The notes beneath the pieces were generated by a model, which was not told where the DNA came from, ran no database searches, and saw only the letters and a program-made list of their open reading frames with translations. The translations under genes were made by a program, and so were the position numbers. A stretch of 64,000 nucleotides of DNA from Octopus vulgaris (Eukaryota), in the NCBI GenBank assembly GCA_951406725.2, contig OX597839.1:4836001-4900000 (forward strand), in the 5' to 3' direction. Below are positions 42,473 to 56,112 of this stretch, piece by piece. Each line of letters starts with the position of its first letter. The first letter of the stretch is position 1.

Positions 42473-42798
42473 TCGGGTATATACACCTGAAGTTATTCAT
42501 TCCATATAGGTACACATCTATAGTTTCCGATATGATCAACTTCAAACGGAGCATATTAAAACGGTTGCGAAAGAAATATATTTTCGCTATGTTTCATAAC
42601 AAATTGATTCTATGAAGCGGAATCAATATTTTGTGTTTGTCTAGTTGTTTACCTGCATAAATGTGGTTCCATATTATGAGTGCTAATATGTGTGTATGTA
42701 TGCTTATATCTTTCTGTGTATATTTACGCAGGGAGGTACGTGTGCGTGAGTGTTTGTATTTGTTTGTGTATGTACGTATGTTTATGTTGCTATATATA

Positions 42799-42853
<55 letters not shown>

Positions 42854-42856
42854 TTG

Positions 42857-42887
<31 letters not shown>

Positions 42888-42890
42888 TTG

Positions 42891-42923
<33 letters not shown>

Positions 42924-42956
42924 GTATGTATATCTATCTATATATATATACATATT

Positions 42957-42993
<37 letters not shown>

Positions 42994-43180
42994 TTATATA
43001 TGCATACATATATATGTATATGTGGGTGTATATATATATATATACACGGAAAAGCTACACGTATTTGTATTTATTATATTCATATATATATGTATGTATA
43101 CATGTACATATATATGTATATGTATGTATATATATATAAGATATATATATATATATATATATATATAAGATATATATATC

Positions 43181-43217
<37 letters not shown>

Positions 43218-44049
43218 CACATATTTAGACATGTGCATATATACATATATACATAGATAACTTTATGCATATATAGATATGTATATAGAAAACAGAAACG
43301 TTGATACACTCGCAAATATACACCTATATAGATAAATAATCTTTCTATGCTCATATATATCTGCATATATAAGTACATGTATACATACATATTTATATGC
43401 TTATATAGGTATTTGCATACACAATGACATATACACCTATATATATATATTTTCATGCGCATGTGGTGATGGTGTGCGTGTGAGCATACATATGCATTTG
43501 CAGTGAATGTGTCTGCATCTTTCCTCCAATGCTTATACGCTTATATTATGCGTCCTCTTTACGCAATAAAAATTATTCCACTAATCTCCGTATATGGAAA
43601 TATATATCATTCTAACATTTCCGCCATATTTTCTATCTTCTACTCTGTGGTTCTGCAACGCATCTATCTCTGGGTACTATCTCTTTCATTATCAATACAA
43701 CAACTGAGATATAATTGATGTTGCACCGTTTTGCGGAGAGAAAAATCACCTTATTTAGATAATTCACCTTACGATTACTACGCGAAATTGCCATGCTAGT
43801 TCGAACATGTCTTCTCAGACGTTTCTCGCAAAACCGAATGGACTCTGAACTTAGTATGTATTATTGATTAAAATGAGAATTTTCTCTATGGCAAATAGCC
43901 GTAAGAATAGCGTCATTACAGGTCAAATATATTCGAGTTGATTTAATAGATTGTTAATTCCAAATATCATTTGGTACATTTTGTTCCGTTAAGTGAGTTT
44001 TGCTCGTTTCGATATACAGTGGAATCTTCACATTGGAACAAAATGCGCA

Positions 44050-44347
44050 TCTCTTTACTCTTTTACTCTTTGACTGGGGCCATACTAGAGCAACACCTTT
44101 GAGGGTTTTGCTTTTTTGTCGAACAAATCGACTACAGGACTTATCTTTAAGCCTAGAACTCATTGTCATTCTATCAAAACAACCCCGTTTATGAAGCCGC
44201 GATGGTGGAACAAACACAGACACAGACATAAATATATGGTGGCCTGAGGCTATAATAAAAGACAGTTTCCCAAGGTTCCAAGCAAGGGGCTGAACCCGAA
44301 ACCATGTGACTGGTAACAAGTTTCTTATCACACAGTCACGCTTGCGC
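44050..44347 (-). mobile_element. Old SINE family C copy
   Basis: ctctttactcttttact...acaaacacagacac...cccaagg...tgaacccgaaaccatgtg...cacacagtcacgcttgcgc. Confidence 0.7.
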
Positions 44348-44426
44348 ATTCCACTGCTTATATGCATATATTATACATCCATTTCTATAGTTGTGTGTGT
44401 TTCTCTCTTTCTTCCTGTTTCTTGTC

Positions 44427-44502
44427 CCCGGTCTGTGAATCGAAACCGCGATCCTCCGACCGCGAGTCCACTGCCCTAACCACTAGGCCATTGCGCCTCC
44501 AC
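44427..44502 (-). mobile_element. SINE family B head only
   Basis: Reverse complement of gtggaggcgcaatggcctagtggttaggg...gattcacagaccggg. Confidence 0.88.
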
Positions 44503-45074
44503 TGGTGTTGCTGTTGTTTCTCATAATGATAGTATCAGGAACAGTTACGTGGGTTGCTGATAAAATTAACGAACCCCGTAGTTATGGAGTTATGTAAGTT
44601 CCCTATCTCTCTGAAATTTCCCGTTAATTAAGTTTCAGTTGCATGAGATCTATCGGCATCTCTGTCAAAGCTTTAGTGCCATGAATGTCTTTGATGAAGG
44701 CGAAAGTGTCACAATTTCCAATTAACCTCCTATCTTTTGAAGATAGTCGACAGCAGAGATACGGATAGAAACGAATTCGTTAAAACTGCTGCGAATCCAA
44801 AGACTTTTCATAACGCTCGGAGAATATGACGTTGGAGTTGCACCAGAACAATAAGTTAAACCATTATATCTAGTTATGTACTTGTTTAGTTTGGTCCCCT
44901 TGCAAAGACCAGCGAATCATAAAAGATATTTATACTGAAATGCAGAGAGGAAACTTAATTCCGAAACCGTACCCCCACGAAATGTTAGGTACACACACGC
45001 ACACACACACAAACAAAAGTGTATATATATATATATACATATATATAAATATAAATATATATACATAAATATAA

Positions 45075-45178
<104 letters not shown>

Positions 45179-45181
45179 CAT

Positions 45182-45238
<57 letters not shown>

Positions 45239-45239
45239 C

Positions 45240-45284
<45 letters not shown>

Positions 45285-45285
45285 C

Positions 45286-45318
<33 letters not shown>

Positions 45319-45330
45319 CATTCATATATA

Positions 45331-45494
45331 AGCGCAGGCGTCGCTGTGCGGTAAGAAGCTTGCTTCTCAAACAGGTGGTTCCGAGTTCAGTCCCACTGCA
45401 TGGCGCCTTCGATAGGTGTCTTCTACTATAGCCTCGAGCTGAGCAAAGCCTTGTGAGTGGATTTGGTAGACAGAAACTGAAAAGAATCCCGTCG

Positions 45495-45496
<2 letters not shown>
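45331..45496 (+). mobile_element. SINE family C 5' half ending in (TA)n
   Basis: agcgcaggcgtcgctgtgcggtaag...gaaactgaaaagaatcccgtcg. Confidence 0.85.
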
Positions 45497-45527
<31 letters not shown>

Positions 45528-45881
45528 TTCTCCAAATTTTACACACACATGAGTTATGTTATGTCTCAAGCATGGTCATGCGCTATAACATTTTGCCCAG
45601 AACTACCGCGTAAATAGACGTAAATGGACATAGATTTTGCATGTAGTTGCTTCAATACTTATCTATTTTTTTAATTATAAAAGTGAAATGATTTTGTCTA
45701 CTTATTTACTTCGACTGTCCACTTCTGCGGTAGCCCAGACAGGAAACAGGATTTGGAAGCCGTTATTTTGTTTTCATGCAAATAAATGTTTTTATGTTCT
45801 ATGCAAGCATTCTATGCAAGTGGACTCGAAAACCATAATGAGCGTGATGATACTGTTATTGCTGCTGATGCTGGTGTTTAC

Positions 45882-46423
45882 AATGATAATGATGATGATG
45901 ACGACGACGACGATGATGATGATGATGTTGATGATGATGATGATGATGATGATGATGAGGAGGAGGAGGAGGAGGAGGATGGTGATGATGAGGATGATGA
46001 TGACAATGATCATGAAGATGACGACGACGCTGATGATGATGATGATATTGATGATGATGATGATGATGATGATGGTGATATTGATGATGATGATGGGGAT
46101 GATGATAACAATGATCATGATGAGGATGACGACGACGCTGATGATGATGATGATGATATTGATGATGATGATGATGATGATGATGGTGATATTGATGATG
46201 ATGAGAGGATGATGATGACAATGATCATGACGGCGACGACGACGTCGATGATGATGATGAAAAATGATGAGGATGCTGTTGCTGAGGATGATAATGTTGT
46301 TGATGATGATGATGATGATGTTGGTGATGATTATATTGTTGAATATGACGACGACAACGATGACGAGGATGTTGAGGATGATGATTAAGCCTATTGACGA
46401 AGAACGTCGATAATGACACGAAC

Positions 46424-46466
<43 letters not shown>

Positions 46467-46590
46467 GTGATGACGATGATGGTGATGGTGATGATGATGA
46501 TGATGATGATAATGATGGTGATGATGATGATGGTGATGATAACGATGATGAAGACAATGATGATAATAATGACGAAAATGAAGATGCTCA
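45882..46590. repeat. (GAT)n field with internal ~117-bp higher-order duplication
   Basis: acaatgatcatga...gacgacgacgctgat...gatattgat...ggtgatattgat occurs twice, plus a partial third copy. Confidence 0.92.
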
Positions 46591-46789
46591 TGACAACTCG
46601 GAACGTGAGGTTGTCTGGCCACTGTGCTTGTTAACTCTGGCCATCTTATGGACAATCAATATGGTTGGTTTTACTACTGCTTGTAGTTTATATTGAGCTG
46701 TCTCCAATGTCTAACCCAACTTCTTGTAAAATATTTGTTACAGTGTATAAAATCGATCTCTCAGCTAACGGTATTTTTATGGCTATAAC

Positions 46790-47276
46790 AAGGCGGCGAG
46801 CTGGCAGAAACGTTAGCACGCCGGGCGAAATGCTTAGCAGTATTTCGTCTGCCGTTACGTTCTGAGTTCAAATTCTGCCGAGGTCGACTTTGCCTTTTCA
46901 TCCTTTCGGGGTCGATTAAATAAGTACCAGTTGCGCACTGGGGTCGATATAATCGACTTAACCCATTTGTCTGTCCTTGTTTGACCTCTCTGTGTTTAGC
47001 CCCTTGTGGTTAGTAAAGAAATAGGTATTTTTATGGCTATAACAAGGCGGCGAGCTGGCAGAAACGATAGCACGCCGGGCGAAATGCTTAGCAGTATTTC
47101 GTCTGCCGTTACGTTCTGAGTTCAAATTCTGCCGAGGTCGACTTTGCCTTTCATCCTTTCGGGGTCGATAAATTAAGTACCAGTTGCGCACTGGGGTCGA
47201 TATAATCGACTTAACCCATTTGTCTGTCCTTGTTTGACCTCTCTGTGTTTAGCCCCTTGTGGTTAGTAAAGAAATA
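46790..47276 (+). mobile_element. Two near-identical SINE family A copies bounded by three copies of a 20-bp target sequence
   Basis: ggtatttttatggctataac at 46770-46789, 47024-47043 and 47277-47296 (1 mismatch). Unit length 254/253 bp. Confidence 0.95.
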
Positions 47277-47729
47277 GGTATTTTTATGACTATAACCGCG
47301 TGTATCCAGGTTAGGATGTTGAACTCGGTTTCGATTCTCGATTACATCAGATTAGAGAGTGTGCGCCCTCTGGTATCGTGAGCAGATGGTTAGAGCAACA
47401 CGCGGTCGAGGTATCGCGGTTCGATACTCGACGGCTTCCAGAGGAGAAGGTAGATCAGAAACGTTAGAAATTTAACCAGCTTCCGCCATTGCGCTACAAT
47501 GACGTTTACTGTGAGACTTATGTTGTAAAGTAGCGATTTGTGTAACCGATTCGAAGTTTTATTTTAGGATGCTGCAGAACATGTCATGGTACGCAGGCGT
47601 GACTGCATGTTAAGAGGTTTCCTTCCCAACAACCTGCGTGTTATCTTGAGCAAGTGTCTTCTACTACAGTCCCGGTTGAGAAAGGACGTTGATATAAGTA
47701 TTTTGGGTACTAGAAGCAGATGAAATATA

Positions 47730-47962
47730 TACTGCTTTACTACCCACAAGGAGCTAAACACACAGGGGACAAACAAGGACAGACAAACGGATTAATTCGA
47801 TTACATCGACCCCAGTGCGCAACTGGTACTTAATTTATCGACCCCGAAACGATGAAAGGCAAAGTCGACCTCGGCGGAATTTGAACTCAGAATGTAACGA
47901 TAGATGAAATACGGCTGCGCATTTCGCCCGGCGTGCTAACGTTTCTTCCAACTCGCTCGCCT
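47730..47962 (-). mobile_element. SINE family A, full length, 16-bp TSD, nested in the LINE
   Basis: TSD aagcagatgaaatata at 47714-47729 and 47963-47978. Confidence 0.93.
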
Positions 47963-48185
47963 AAGCAGATGAAATATAGCACGAAGAAATAAAAACAAAT
48001 TAGCAGTAGAGAGTATATAAGAAGAGTGAGAACATTATTGGAGTCAAAGCTGAATTAAAAAATTTGTTATCGAAGGCAATAAATGCGAGAATAGTACCTC
48101 TAATCAGATATCCCGTTGGAATTGTAGACTAGACCAAAACGACATACAGACACTTGTCAGAAAAACTAAAAAGTTATTGACTGTG

Positions 48186-48606
48186 TAGGCGCAGGAGTGG
48201 CTGTGTGGTAAGTAGCTTGATAACCAACCACATGGTTCTGGGTTCAGTCCCACTGCGTGGCATCTTGGGCAAGTGTCTTCTGCTATAGCCCCGGGCCGAC
48301 CAATGCCTTGTGAGTGGATTTGGTAGACGGAAACTGAAAGAAGCCTGTCGTATATATGTATATATATGTATATATGTGTATGTGGTGTGTTTGTGTGTGT
48401 GTGTTTGTCCCCCTAGCATTGCTTGACAACCGATGCTGGTGTGTTAACGTCCCTGTCACTTAGCGGTTCGGCAAAAGAGACCGATAGAATAAGTACTGGG
48501 CTTACAAAGAATAAGTCCCGAGGTCGATTTTCTCGACTAAAGGCGGTGCTCCAGCATGGCCGCAGTCAAATGACTGAAACAAGTAAAAGAGTAAAGAGTA
48601 AAGAGT
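48186..48606 (+). mobile_element. SINE family C, full-length reference copy, nested in the LINE
   Basis: Head ggcgcaggagtggctgtgtggtaag...gggttcagtccc (A/B-box-like), CORE-like cttgggcaagtgtctt, internal (TA)/(TG) run, tail ending (gtaaaga)n. Confidence 0.95.
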
Positions 48607-48951
48607 ATGTATGGAGCTTACCATCCGAAAGCTGATATCAACCGGCTGTACATGAAAGAGGGACCAGGGTGGAAGACGCATATTTTGCGAAAGAGTGTGT
48701 ACAGACGGAAAGAAGAATTCTACTAGAATATTTATAAAACAGCACAGAATGACTACTAAGGATAGCGACTAAGGAGAAGATGATGGAATAAAATGTGGAA
48801 TAAAAGGACACGAATAAAATACAAATAGAGCACGTTAGACAGATCGAAGAGAAACCTCTGCATGGTCAGTTTTGGAGAGCTTCTAAAGATGTATGTGGAA
48901 CAAAATCTTGGGCTTGGCTAAAAAAAAAGGGGTCGATGCTTTCCTGTATTT

Positions 48952-49031
<80 letters not shown>

Positions 49032-49195
49032 GCTGCTACTACCACTACTACAACTACTACAACTACTACTACTACTACTACTACCACCACTACTACAACT
49101 ACTACTACTACTACTACTACTGCTACTACTACAACTACTACTACTACTACTACTAATGATAATAATAATAGTAATAATTATAATAATAATGATGA
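48952..49195. repeat. (CTA)n then (AAT)n
   Basis: Directly visible. Confidence 0.97.
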
Positions 49196-49652
49196 TTTCA
49201 AATGTTGGCATAAGGCCAACAAATTTCGGGTGAGTGGCGAGGAGCATCAAGTCGATTACATCAACCCCAGTGCTCAACTGGTACTTATTTTATCGACCCC
49301 GAAAGGATGAACGGCAAATTTGACCTCGGTGGAATTTGAGCTCAGAATGTAAAGACGGCGAAATGCTGTTAAGGATTTTGACCCGGGGCTGTAGGGATTC
49401 TGGCGAATAACAATAATAATCATAATCCTTTCAGATTTTGGCACAAGCAATTGGCTAGCAATTTCTCGGGGTCCGGGTAAGTCGATTACGTCGACCCTTA
49501 ATTTCAACTGGTACTTTTTTTTTATTGACCTTGAAAGGATGAAAGGCAGAGTTGACCTCAAGCAGCATTTGAACTCGGAACATAAAAACTATAACGTAAT
49601 CCCGTTTAACATTTTGCCCGATGTGCATACGATTCTGCCAGCTTGCCGCCTT
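49195..49652 (-). mobile_element. Two old SINE family A variant copies
   Basis: Two reverse-complement cores gtcgattac...aactggtactt...gaaaggatgaa...; the second ends gattctgccagcttgccgcctt. Confidence 0.8.
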
Positions 49653-49704
49653 AATAATAATAATAACAATAATAATAATAATGATAATAATAATAATAAT
49701 AATA

Positions 49705-49748
<44 letters not shown>

Positions 49749-49794
49749 AATAATAATAATGATAATAATAATAATGATGATGATGATGGTGATG

Positions 49795-49843
<49 letters not shown>

Positions 49844-49872
49844 TAATAATAATAATGATGATGATGATGGTA
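49653..49872. repeat. (AAT)n/(GAT)n
   Basis: Directly visible. Confidence 0.96.
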
Positions 49873-50570
49873 ATTTCATAAAAATAAAAATAAAATAAAT
49901 ATAATAAAAAGAAGAAAAGAGAAGCAGACACTTCAATTATGTTTTCTGAAAAAAATTAAAATATAATATAATCGTGATATGCTTTTAATTATATTGCTAA
50001 TTATGGACTTTTAGGAGAGAGAGAGAGAGGGGGGAGAGAAGGGAGAGAGGGGGGGAGAAAATGCAGTTAAAAGAATCGTTGAGCCAAATTACACAAAAGC
50101 ATTTCTCATTGAATAGATATTTGAAAATTGTCGTTAATTTGAACAATTTTGAGGTTGGCTTTGGTCGTGTGGGAATGTGTGCGAATGTGTCGTCCGTGGG
50201 TGTATGTACCGTAGTTGTGAAAAGTGCATGGATGTGTGATGGCGTATGTGTGCATCTGAGTGTTTGTGTGTGTGTGAGAGTGTCTGTTTGATATTCTGTA
50301 TGTATAAGAATATGTGCATATATGTGTGTGTTTAGTTTATATTTTATTTTAATGGATAAAATATGAATGAAGGAAAAATAGATATGAAAAAAAATTGCTA
50401 TATAAAAATCATAAATAATAATATGGCAGAAAATTTAAATAAATGCAAATATCAAATGAAGAAGAAAAAAGAAATAAAAACAAAACACATACTAAAGAGC
50501 AAAAAATAAATAAGAGAAGAAAATGAGTCGCTTAGAGCAAGTAGCAAAGAGAGAGACACAAAGCACAAGA

Positions 50571-50609
<39 letters not shown>

Positions 50610-50901
50610 GCAATTATTTATTTATTTTTTGAGAATAATTGCAATAATAATGAACGAAGCGATTTGGAAATGGCTTCTTGTGATGGTAACAATGGATCTA
50701 TGGCAAAAACTAAGGAAGACTTCAGCCCATTATCCCCCACATCGCCCCAGTATACGATCCCTAGAAGCTAAAGAAATGAATATATAAATAATAAAAAAAA
50801 AAATGATAGAAGTGAAAGAGAGAGAATCTAAAATGAAAAAGAAAAAATGGATGAATGAGACACTTTGATCTGATCCCCGATATTACAGTTTACTCAGAGC
50901 C

Positions 50902-50940
<39 letters not shown>

Positions 50941-51246
50941 ACACACATACGTGCGTACGTACGTACAGACACACGCTCTGAATATATGTTACCCGCACCA
51001 TTTCTCAAACGTGCATACATTAAAAATTGTGAGCGCTCACACATATATTATACATCTATGTAAATGCACATGCGCAAAAATAAACATATATACATACCTA
51101 CCAACCTACATACCTACATACACACGTACACACACACACACACACACATATATATACATATATATTATATATATATATATATACATACATATATATACAT
51201 ATATATACATATATATATATACACAAGTATATATATATATATATAC

Positions 51247-51282
<36 letters not shown>

Positions 51283-51335
51283 AGTATATATATATATACA
51301 CAAGTATATATATATATATATATAAATATACACAA

Positions 51336-51372
<37 letters not shown>

Positions 51373-51648
51373 TATATGTATAAATATATACTCATATATA
51401 TACACGCATGCTACATACATATATATGCATATATGTTTATATATACGTGACACGCGTATATATACATATATGTACATTATATATATATATATATATGTTA
51501 TATATACACATAGACGCACGAACACACACATACGTATATATATGTATATATATAAATAAATATATATATATATACACATACTTACATATACACATATGCA
51601 TACAGAAACACGCACATAGACATACACACACACATATATATATATATA

Positions 51649-51685
<37 letters not shown>

Positions 51686-52236
51686 CATGACGCATTGATA
51701 CACATATATATATAGCTGCTAACGTGATGATCTTCACTCTGCATCATCGCCGTTATTACATCTTCGGATTATATTGCGTAAAAAATTAAATAAATGATTA
51801 AAAATATCATAAATTTGCATAAAAAAGTACACCATCCCTAATAAATAAATCAACAAATAAATACGAGGAAATTGTGTCATTTAAACAACTTGTCTTTCGT
51901 TTTATCAGCCATTCGATCTTATTTCCTTTATAAATATTCCTGTAGTTTCTCCTTTGTCTCACCATAATGATTCGTTTTGTTCTATCGTTTAATGAATGGG
52001 ACGAAAAAGAGCGAGAGAGAACAGGAAGAGGGGAAGACAGAGACAAGGAAAGAGAGTCACTCAGTGAGAGAGAGAGAGAGAGAGAAAGAATAAAAAGATG
52101 TAGAGAAACATGGACAAGAAAAGATGGAGGGTAAAGAAATGTGTGCGTATTTCTGTTTGGAAACTTCTTGGAATGAGTAAAACAATTTTTTCCTAAAAGA
52201 AAACGGAAGAATATTAAGAATGTTAACTAATATTCA

Positions 52237-52276
<40 letters not shown>

Positions 52277-52279
<3 letters not shown>

Positions 52280-52430
52280 ACTTAGCGGTTCGGCAAAAGA
52301 GACCGATAGAATAAGTACTGGGCTTACAAAGAATAAGTCCCGGGGTCGATTTGCTCGACTAAAGGCGGTGCTCCAGCATGGCCGCAGTCAAATAACTGAA
52401 ACAAGTAAAAGAGTAAAAGAGAAAAAGAGT
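52277..52430 (+). mobile_element. SINE family C 3' part abutting (TA)n
   Basis: gtcacttagcggttcggcaaaagagaccg...aagtaaaagagtaaaagag. Confidence 0.92.
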
Positions 52431-52566
52431 ATGTATATGCCAATCGAAATTTAGGGAGTGGACTTTTATTCGCATACACAGCAGCCCCAGCCTGCTAAAC
52501 GTGAACCCCTAAAATGGCTTGTTTCAGCGTATCGAAGTTTGATATGGCAAAAATTTACAACGTATA

Positions 52567-52976
52567 AGCGTAAGAGTGGCTGTGTGGTAAGTAGCTTGCT
52601 TACCAATCACCTTGTTCCGGGTTCAGTCCCACTGCGTGGCACCTTGGGTAAGTGTCTTCTACTATAGTCTCGGGCCCACCAAAGCCTTGTGAGTGGATTT
52701 GGTAGACGGAAACTGAAAGAAGCCCGTCGTATATGTGTATATATGTATATATATATGTATGTGCGTGTTTGTGTGTCTGTGTTTGTCCTCTCCCAACATC
52801 GCTTGACAACCGATGCTGGTGTGTTTACGTCCCCGTAACTTAGCGGTTCGGCAAAAAAGAGACCGATAAAATAAGTACTAGGCTTACAAAGAATAAGTCC
52901 TGGGGTCGATTTGATCGACTAAAAGGCGGTGCTCCAGCATGACCACAGTCACATGACTGAAACAAGTAAAAGAGTA
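52567..52976 (+). mobile_element. SINE family C, full length
   Basis: Aligns end to end with 48186-48606. Confidence 0.94.
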
Positions 52977-53198
52977 ACGTCAATAAAACCACTATTCTTC
53001 CTCTGATTTATATACGGACTGCTCGAAGCTTATTAACTTCCTACACCTTGATCCTTTGATCTTACTTTACCCCCCCACACACACACATATATAAGGTGTC
53101 AAATGTCCTCCTCGTGCCATAGGGTCATAAGGTCAGTCTCCCGGATTGTGTGGCGTATGTACTTTACCCATCGCGAACGGGATGTCAAACCAGCTCAG

Positions 53199-53236
<38 letters not shown>

Positions 53237-53819
53237 CCACGTAGTGAGTTGTAATGTATATAAAAAATTAAAAAAGGAAAAATACGCACACTTACATAGT
53301 TTTAATATAATTTTTAATATATCAACCGGTTTCGCTATCGCTGTTCATGATATTATGTTTTACTTATTTGATTATGTATTTTTTCTTAAGAAGAAATTTT
53401 GTCCATGTTGTGTGTGATAAAATTCACGATTGAATGACTTCTCAAGTAGATAAAAAAAGGGAGGTAATTGGTTATTGTTATTATTGTTATTGTTGTGGGT
53501 AAGGGAGATAACTGTTCAGCATTCGGTAATGGCAGGGGAATATATATGTACTGACAAAGAAGTTTCGAAAACTTTGTTTAGTGAGGGGATTAATGTACAG
53601 TGATGTAATCGTGAATTGAAATATGTAAAAAGATAAAAGTTGGTTATGCGTGCATAATAAGAGGTGTTCTGTATTTTTCAATGAAAAAAGTTTCTTTACT
53701 TAAACGTTCTAGTTGAGATATTGTATCTTTGCACTGGTAGAAAGGGAAGACTGAGAAATTCGGTTTGATGTTACCTGCACATTTTTCTATATCTTCACTA
53801 TATGTTTACATATATGAGT

Positions 53820-54000
53820 GTGTGTGTGTCTGTGTGTGCGTGCATTTGTCCCCCCACTATCGCTTGACAACCGTTGCTGCTGCAAAGCAAACCGAAAGAG
53901 TAAGTACTAGGCTTACAAAGAACAAATCCTGGGGTCGATTTCTTCGACTAAATACTTTGCTCCAGCATGTCCGCTGTCTCATGACCGAAATAAGTAAAAC
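53820..54000 (+). mobile_element. Old SINE family C 3' half
   Basis: ttgtcccccc...cgcttgacaaccg...taagtactaggcttacaaagaa...tgctccagcatg. Confidence 0.75.
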
Positions 54001-54050
54001 AAAACATGTATGCCATTTTAATCCCGAAAAACGCCGTTTATATTTGATAG

Positions 54051-54097
<47 letters not shown>

Positions 54098-54431
54098 CAT
54101 ATATGCGCAAGAATATCTCTCGAAGGTTCTTTTCTTATTATTATTCAATGAAAATCGATTTGGACTCTTTATCTGTTACTCCCTGCTTTTAATGTTTTTT
54201 CATGCAATGCCCGGAGGCAAATACAAGCAGGGGAGGACCAAACAAACTCTCCCCTTATTATCATTATCATTAGAATCATCTTAACTGAATATCTTCAGTG
54301 CGTAGTTTATCGAAGTCGCCAGTACTTCCTGTTTAAAATGAAGGTGTCACATCTGGAAACGTGATAGGGTAACATCTGTTTGGCGTGCAGAAAACAAGAA
54401 AGAAATATATGTATGTACGTACGTATGTATG

Positions 54432-54471
<40 letters not shown>

Positions 54472-54489
54472 TGATCAACACTAGAATTC

Positions 54490-54775
54490 ATCAACATCAT
54501 CGTCATCATTATCACCAGCTGCAGCAGAAGTATCAGCAGCATCGTCATCATCATTATATCATGATCACGATCATGATCATCGCCATTGTTATGAACCTCA
54601 TCGTCATCGTCATGCTCGCTATCCTCCTCCATTTCCTCCACTTCCCTCTCTCCCTCCTCCTCCTCCTCCCCATTATCACCATCGCTATCATCATCATCAA
54701 CGTAAGAAAAAAATATCATTAGCGTCATCGTGACCACCGCCATAATTATCGTAGTCATCATCGTAATCGACATCA
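54490..54775. repeat. (CAT)n/(CTC)n degenerate triplet field
   Basis: Directly visible. Confidence 0.85.
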
Positions 54776-54825
54776 TTATATAAATCGGTTTCAATTATTG
54801 CATTCTCCAAATAGTATAGACGACC

Positions 54826-54876
<51 letters not shown>

Positions 54877-55165
54877 ATATATATACATATATATATTTAT
54901 GTTGTTTGAATGACTGTATAAATCAAAATACTCCATGTAAATAATACTCAAGAGTAGAACATGTGGTTCTCATTATATATTCGTTAGGAATACTTTTGGT
55001 CCATCACGCAATAGAATAGTATGATTACAGTTGTATTATATATATATATATATATTATACACACATATATATATATTATACATATATAATGTATATATAT
55101 ATACATATATATGCATATATATTATATATGTATACCTATAGATATATACATATGTATATTATGAT

Positions 55166-55200
<35 letters not shown>

Positions 55201-55347
55201 CATACATATTATACATACATATATTTATGTATACATACATACATACATATATTTATGTATACATACATATTATACATACATATATTTATGTATACATACA
55301 TACATACATACATATATTTATGTATACATACATACATATATTTATGT

Positions 55348-55485
<138 letters not shown>

Positions 55486-55576
55486 AATATATATATACAT
55501 ACATGCATACATATACATAAATACATCCATACATACATAAATATATATATACATAAATGCATATATACATAAATGC

Positions 55577-55715
<139 letters not shown>

Positions 55716-55718
55716 TAT

Positions 55719-55946
55719 ATTTAAACACAAAAGAGGTATCCATCATAGGATTCCTTGCACGACCGAGAAGACAGTTAAATTTCAAGCCACTAGTAGGGAT
55801 AAAATTTCCAATGGAATGAAAATTAAGAACATCCACCATCTAACTCCTGGACCGATGGTTTCGGACTTTTTACAGTTAATAATACAATTTGCTAAGCGAA
55901 GCCTTCTTCAGTAGTCCTATCATGGATACCTCTTTTGTATTTAAAT
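55719..55946. mobile_element. PLE-type terminal fragment bounded by 32-bp inverted repeats, with a hammerhead-like core on the - strand
   Basis: 55719-55750 vs 55915-55946 match 30/32 as reverse complements. The - strand reads CTGAAGA-A-GGCTT...AAGTCC-GAAA-CC-ATC-GGTC. Confidence 0.65.
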
Positions 55947-56046
55947 GTACACTGTTTTTATATGAATAATATATAGTCTAATCACTAAATATTTTACACG
56001 TAATGGAAATTTCTAATATTTCAGATTACCCTTTCATATTATTAAT

Positions 56047-56099
<53 letters not shown>

Positions 56100-56112
56100 A
56101 TATATATATATA

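Larger units (their letters stand above)
47693..48932 (+). pseudogene. Decayed Dong/R4-clade (RLE-type) LINE ORF interrupted by two SINEs
   Basis: With the SINEs removed: YKYFG/VLEADEI, EYIRRVRTLLESKLN, KAINARIVPLIRYPVGIVD, LVRKTKKLLT, MYGAYHPKADINRLYMK (48607-48657), QGGR, ECVQTERR, EKPLHGQFWR (48849-48878), SWAWLKK. Confidence 0.88.

Noticed and set aside
45637-46696. Poly-Asp/Met/His ORFs resembling acidic biomineralisation or reflectin-like proteins
   Set aside because: Pure (GAT)n read in different frames; no signal peptide, reflectin motif or splice structure.
46770-47296. CRISPR-like direct repeats with spacers
   Set aside because: The spacers are near-identical 233-bp SINE copies; eukaryotic context with no cas genes.
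50523-50771. ORF ending FSPLSPTSPQY, reminiscent of the Pol II CTD heptad
   Set aside because: A single partial match in an ORF that begins in a (GA)n repeat; consistent with chance.
53095-53198. Possible fragment of a further SINE family
   Set aside because: Single short decayed copy; cannot be supported from this window alone.
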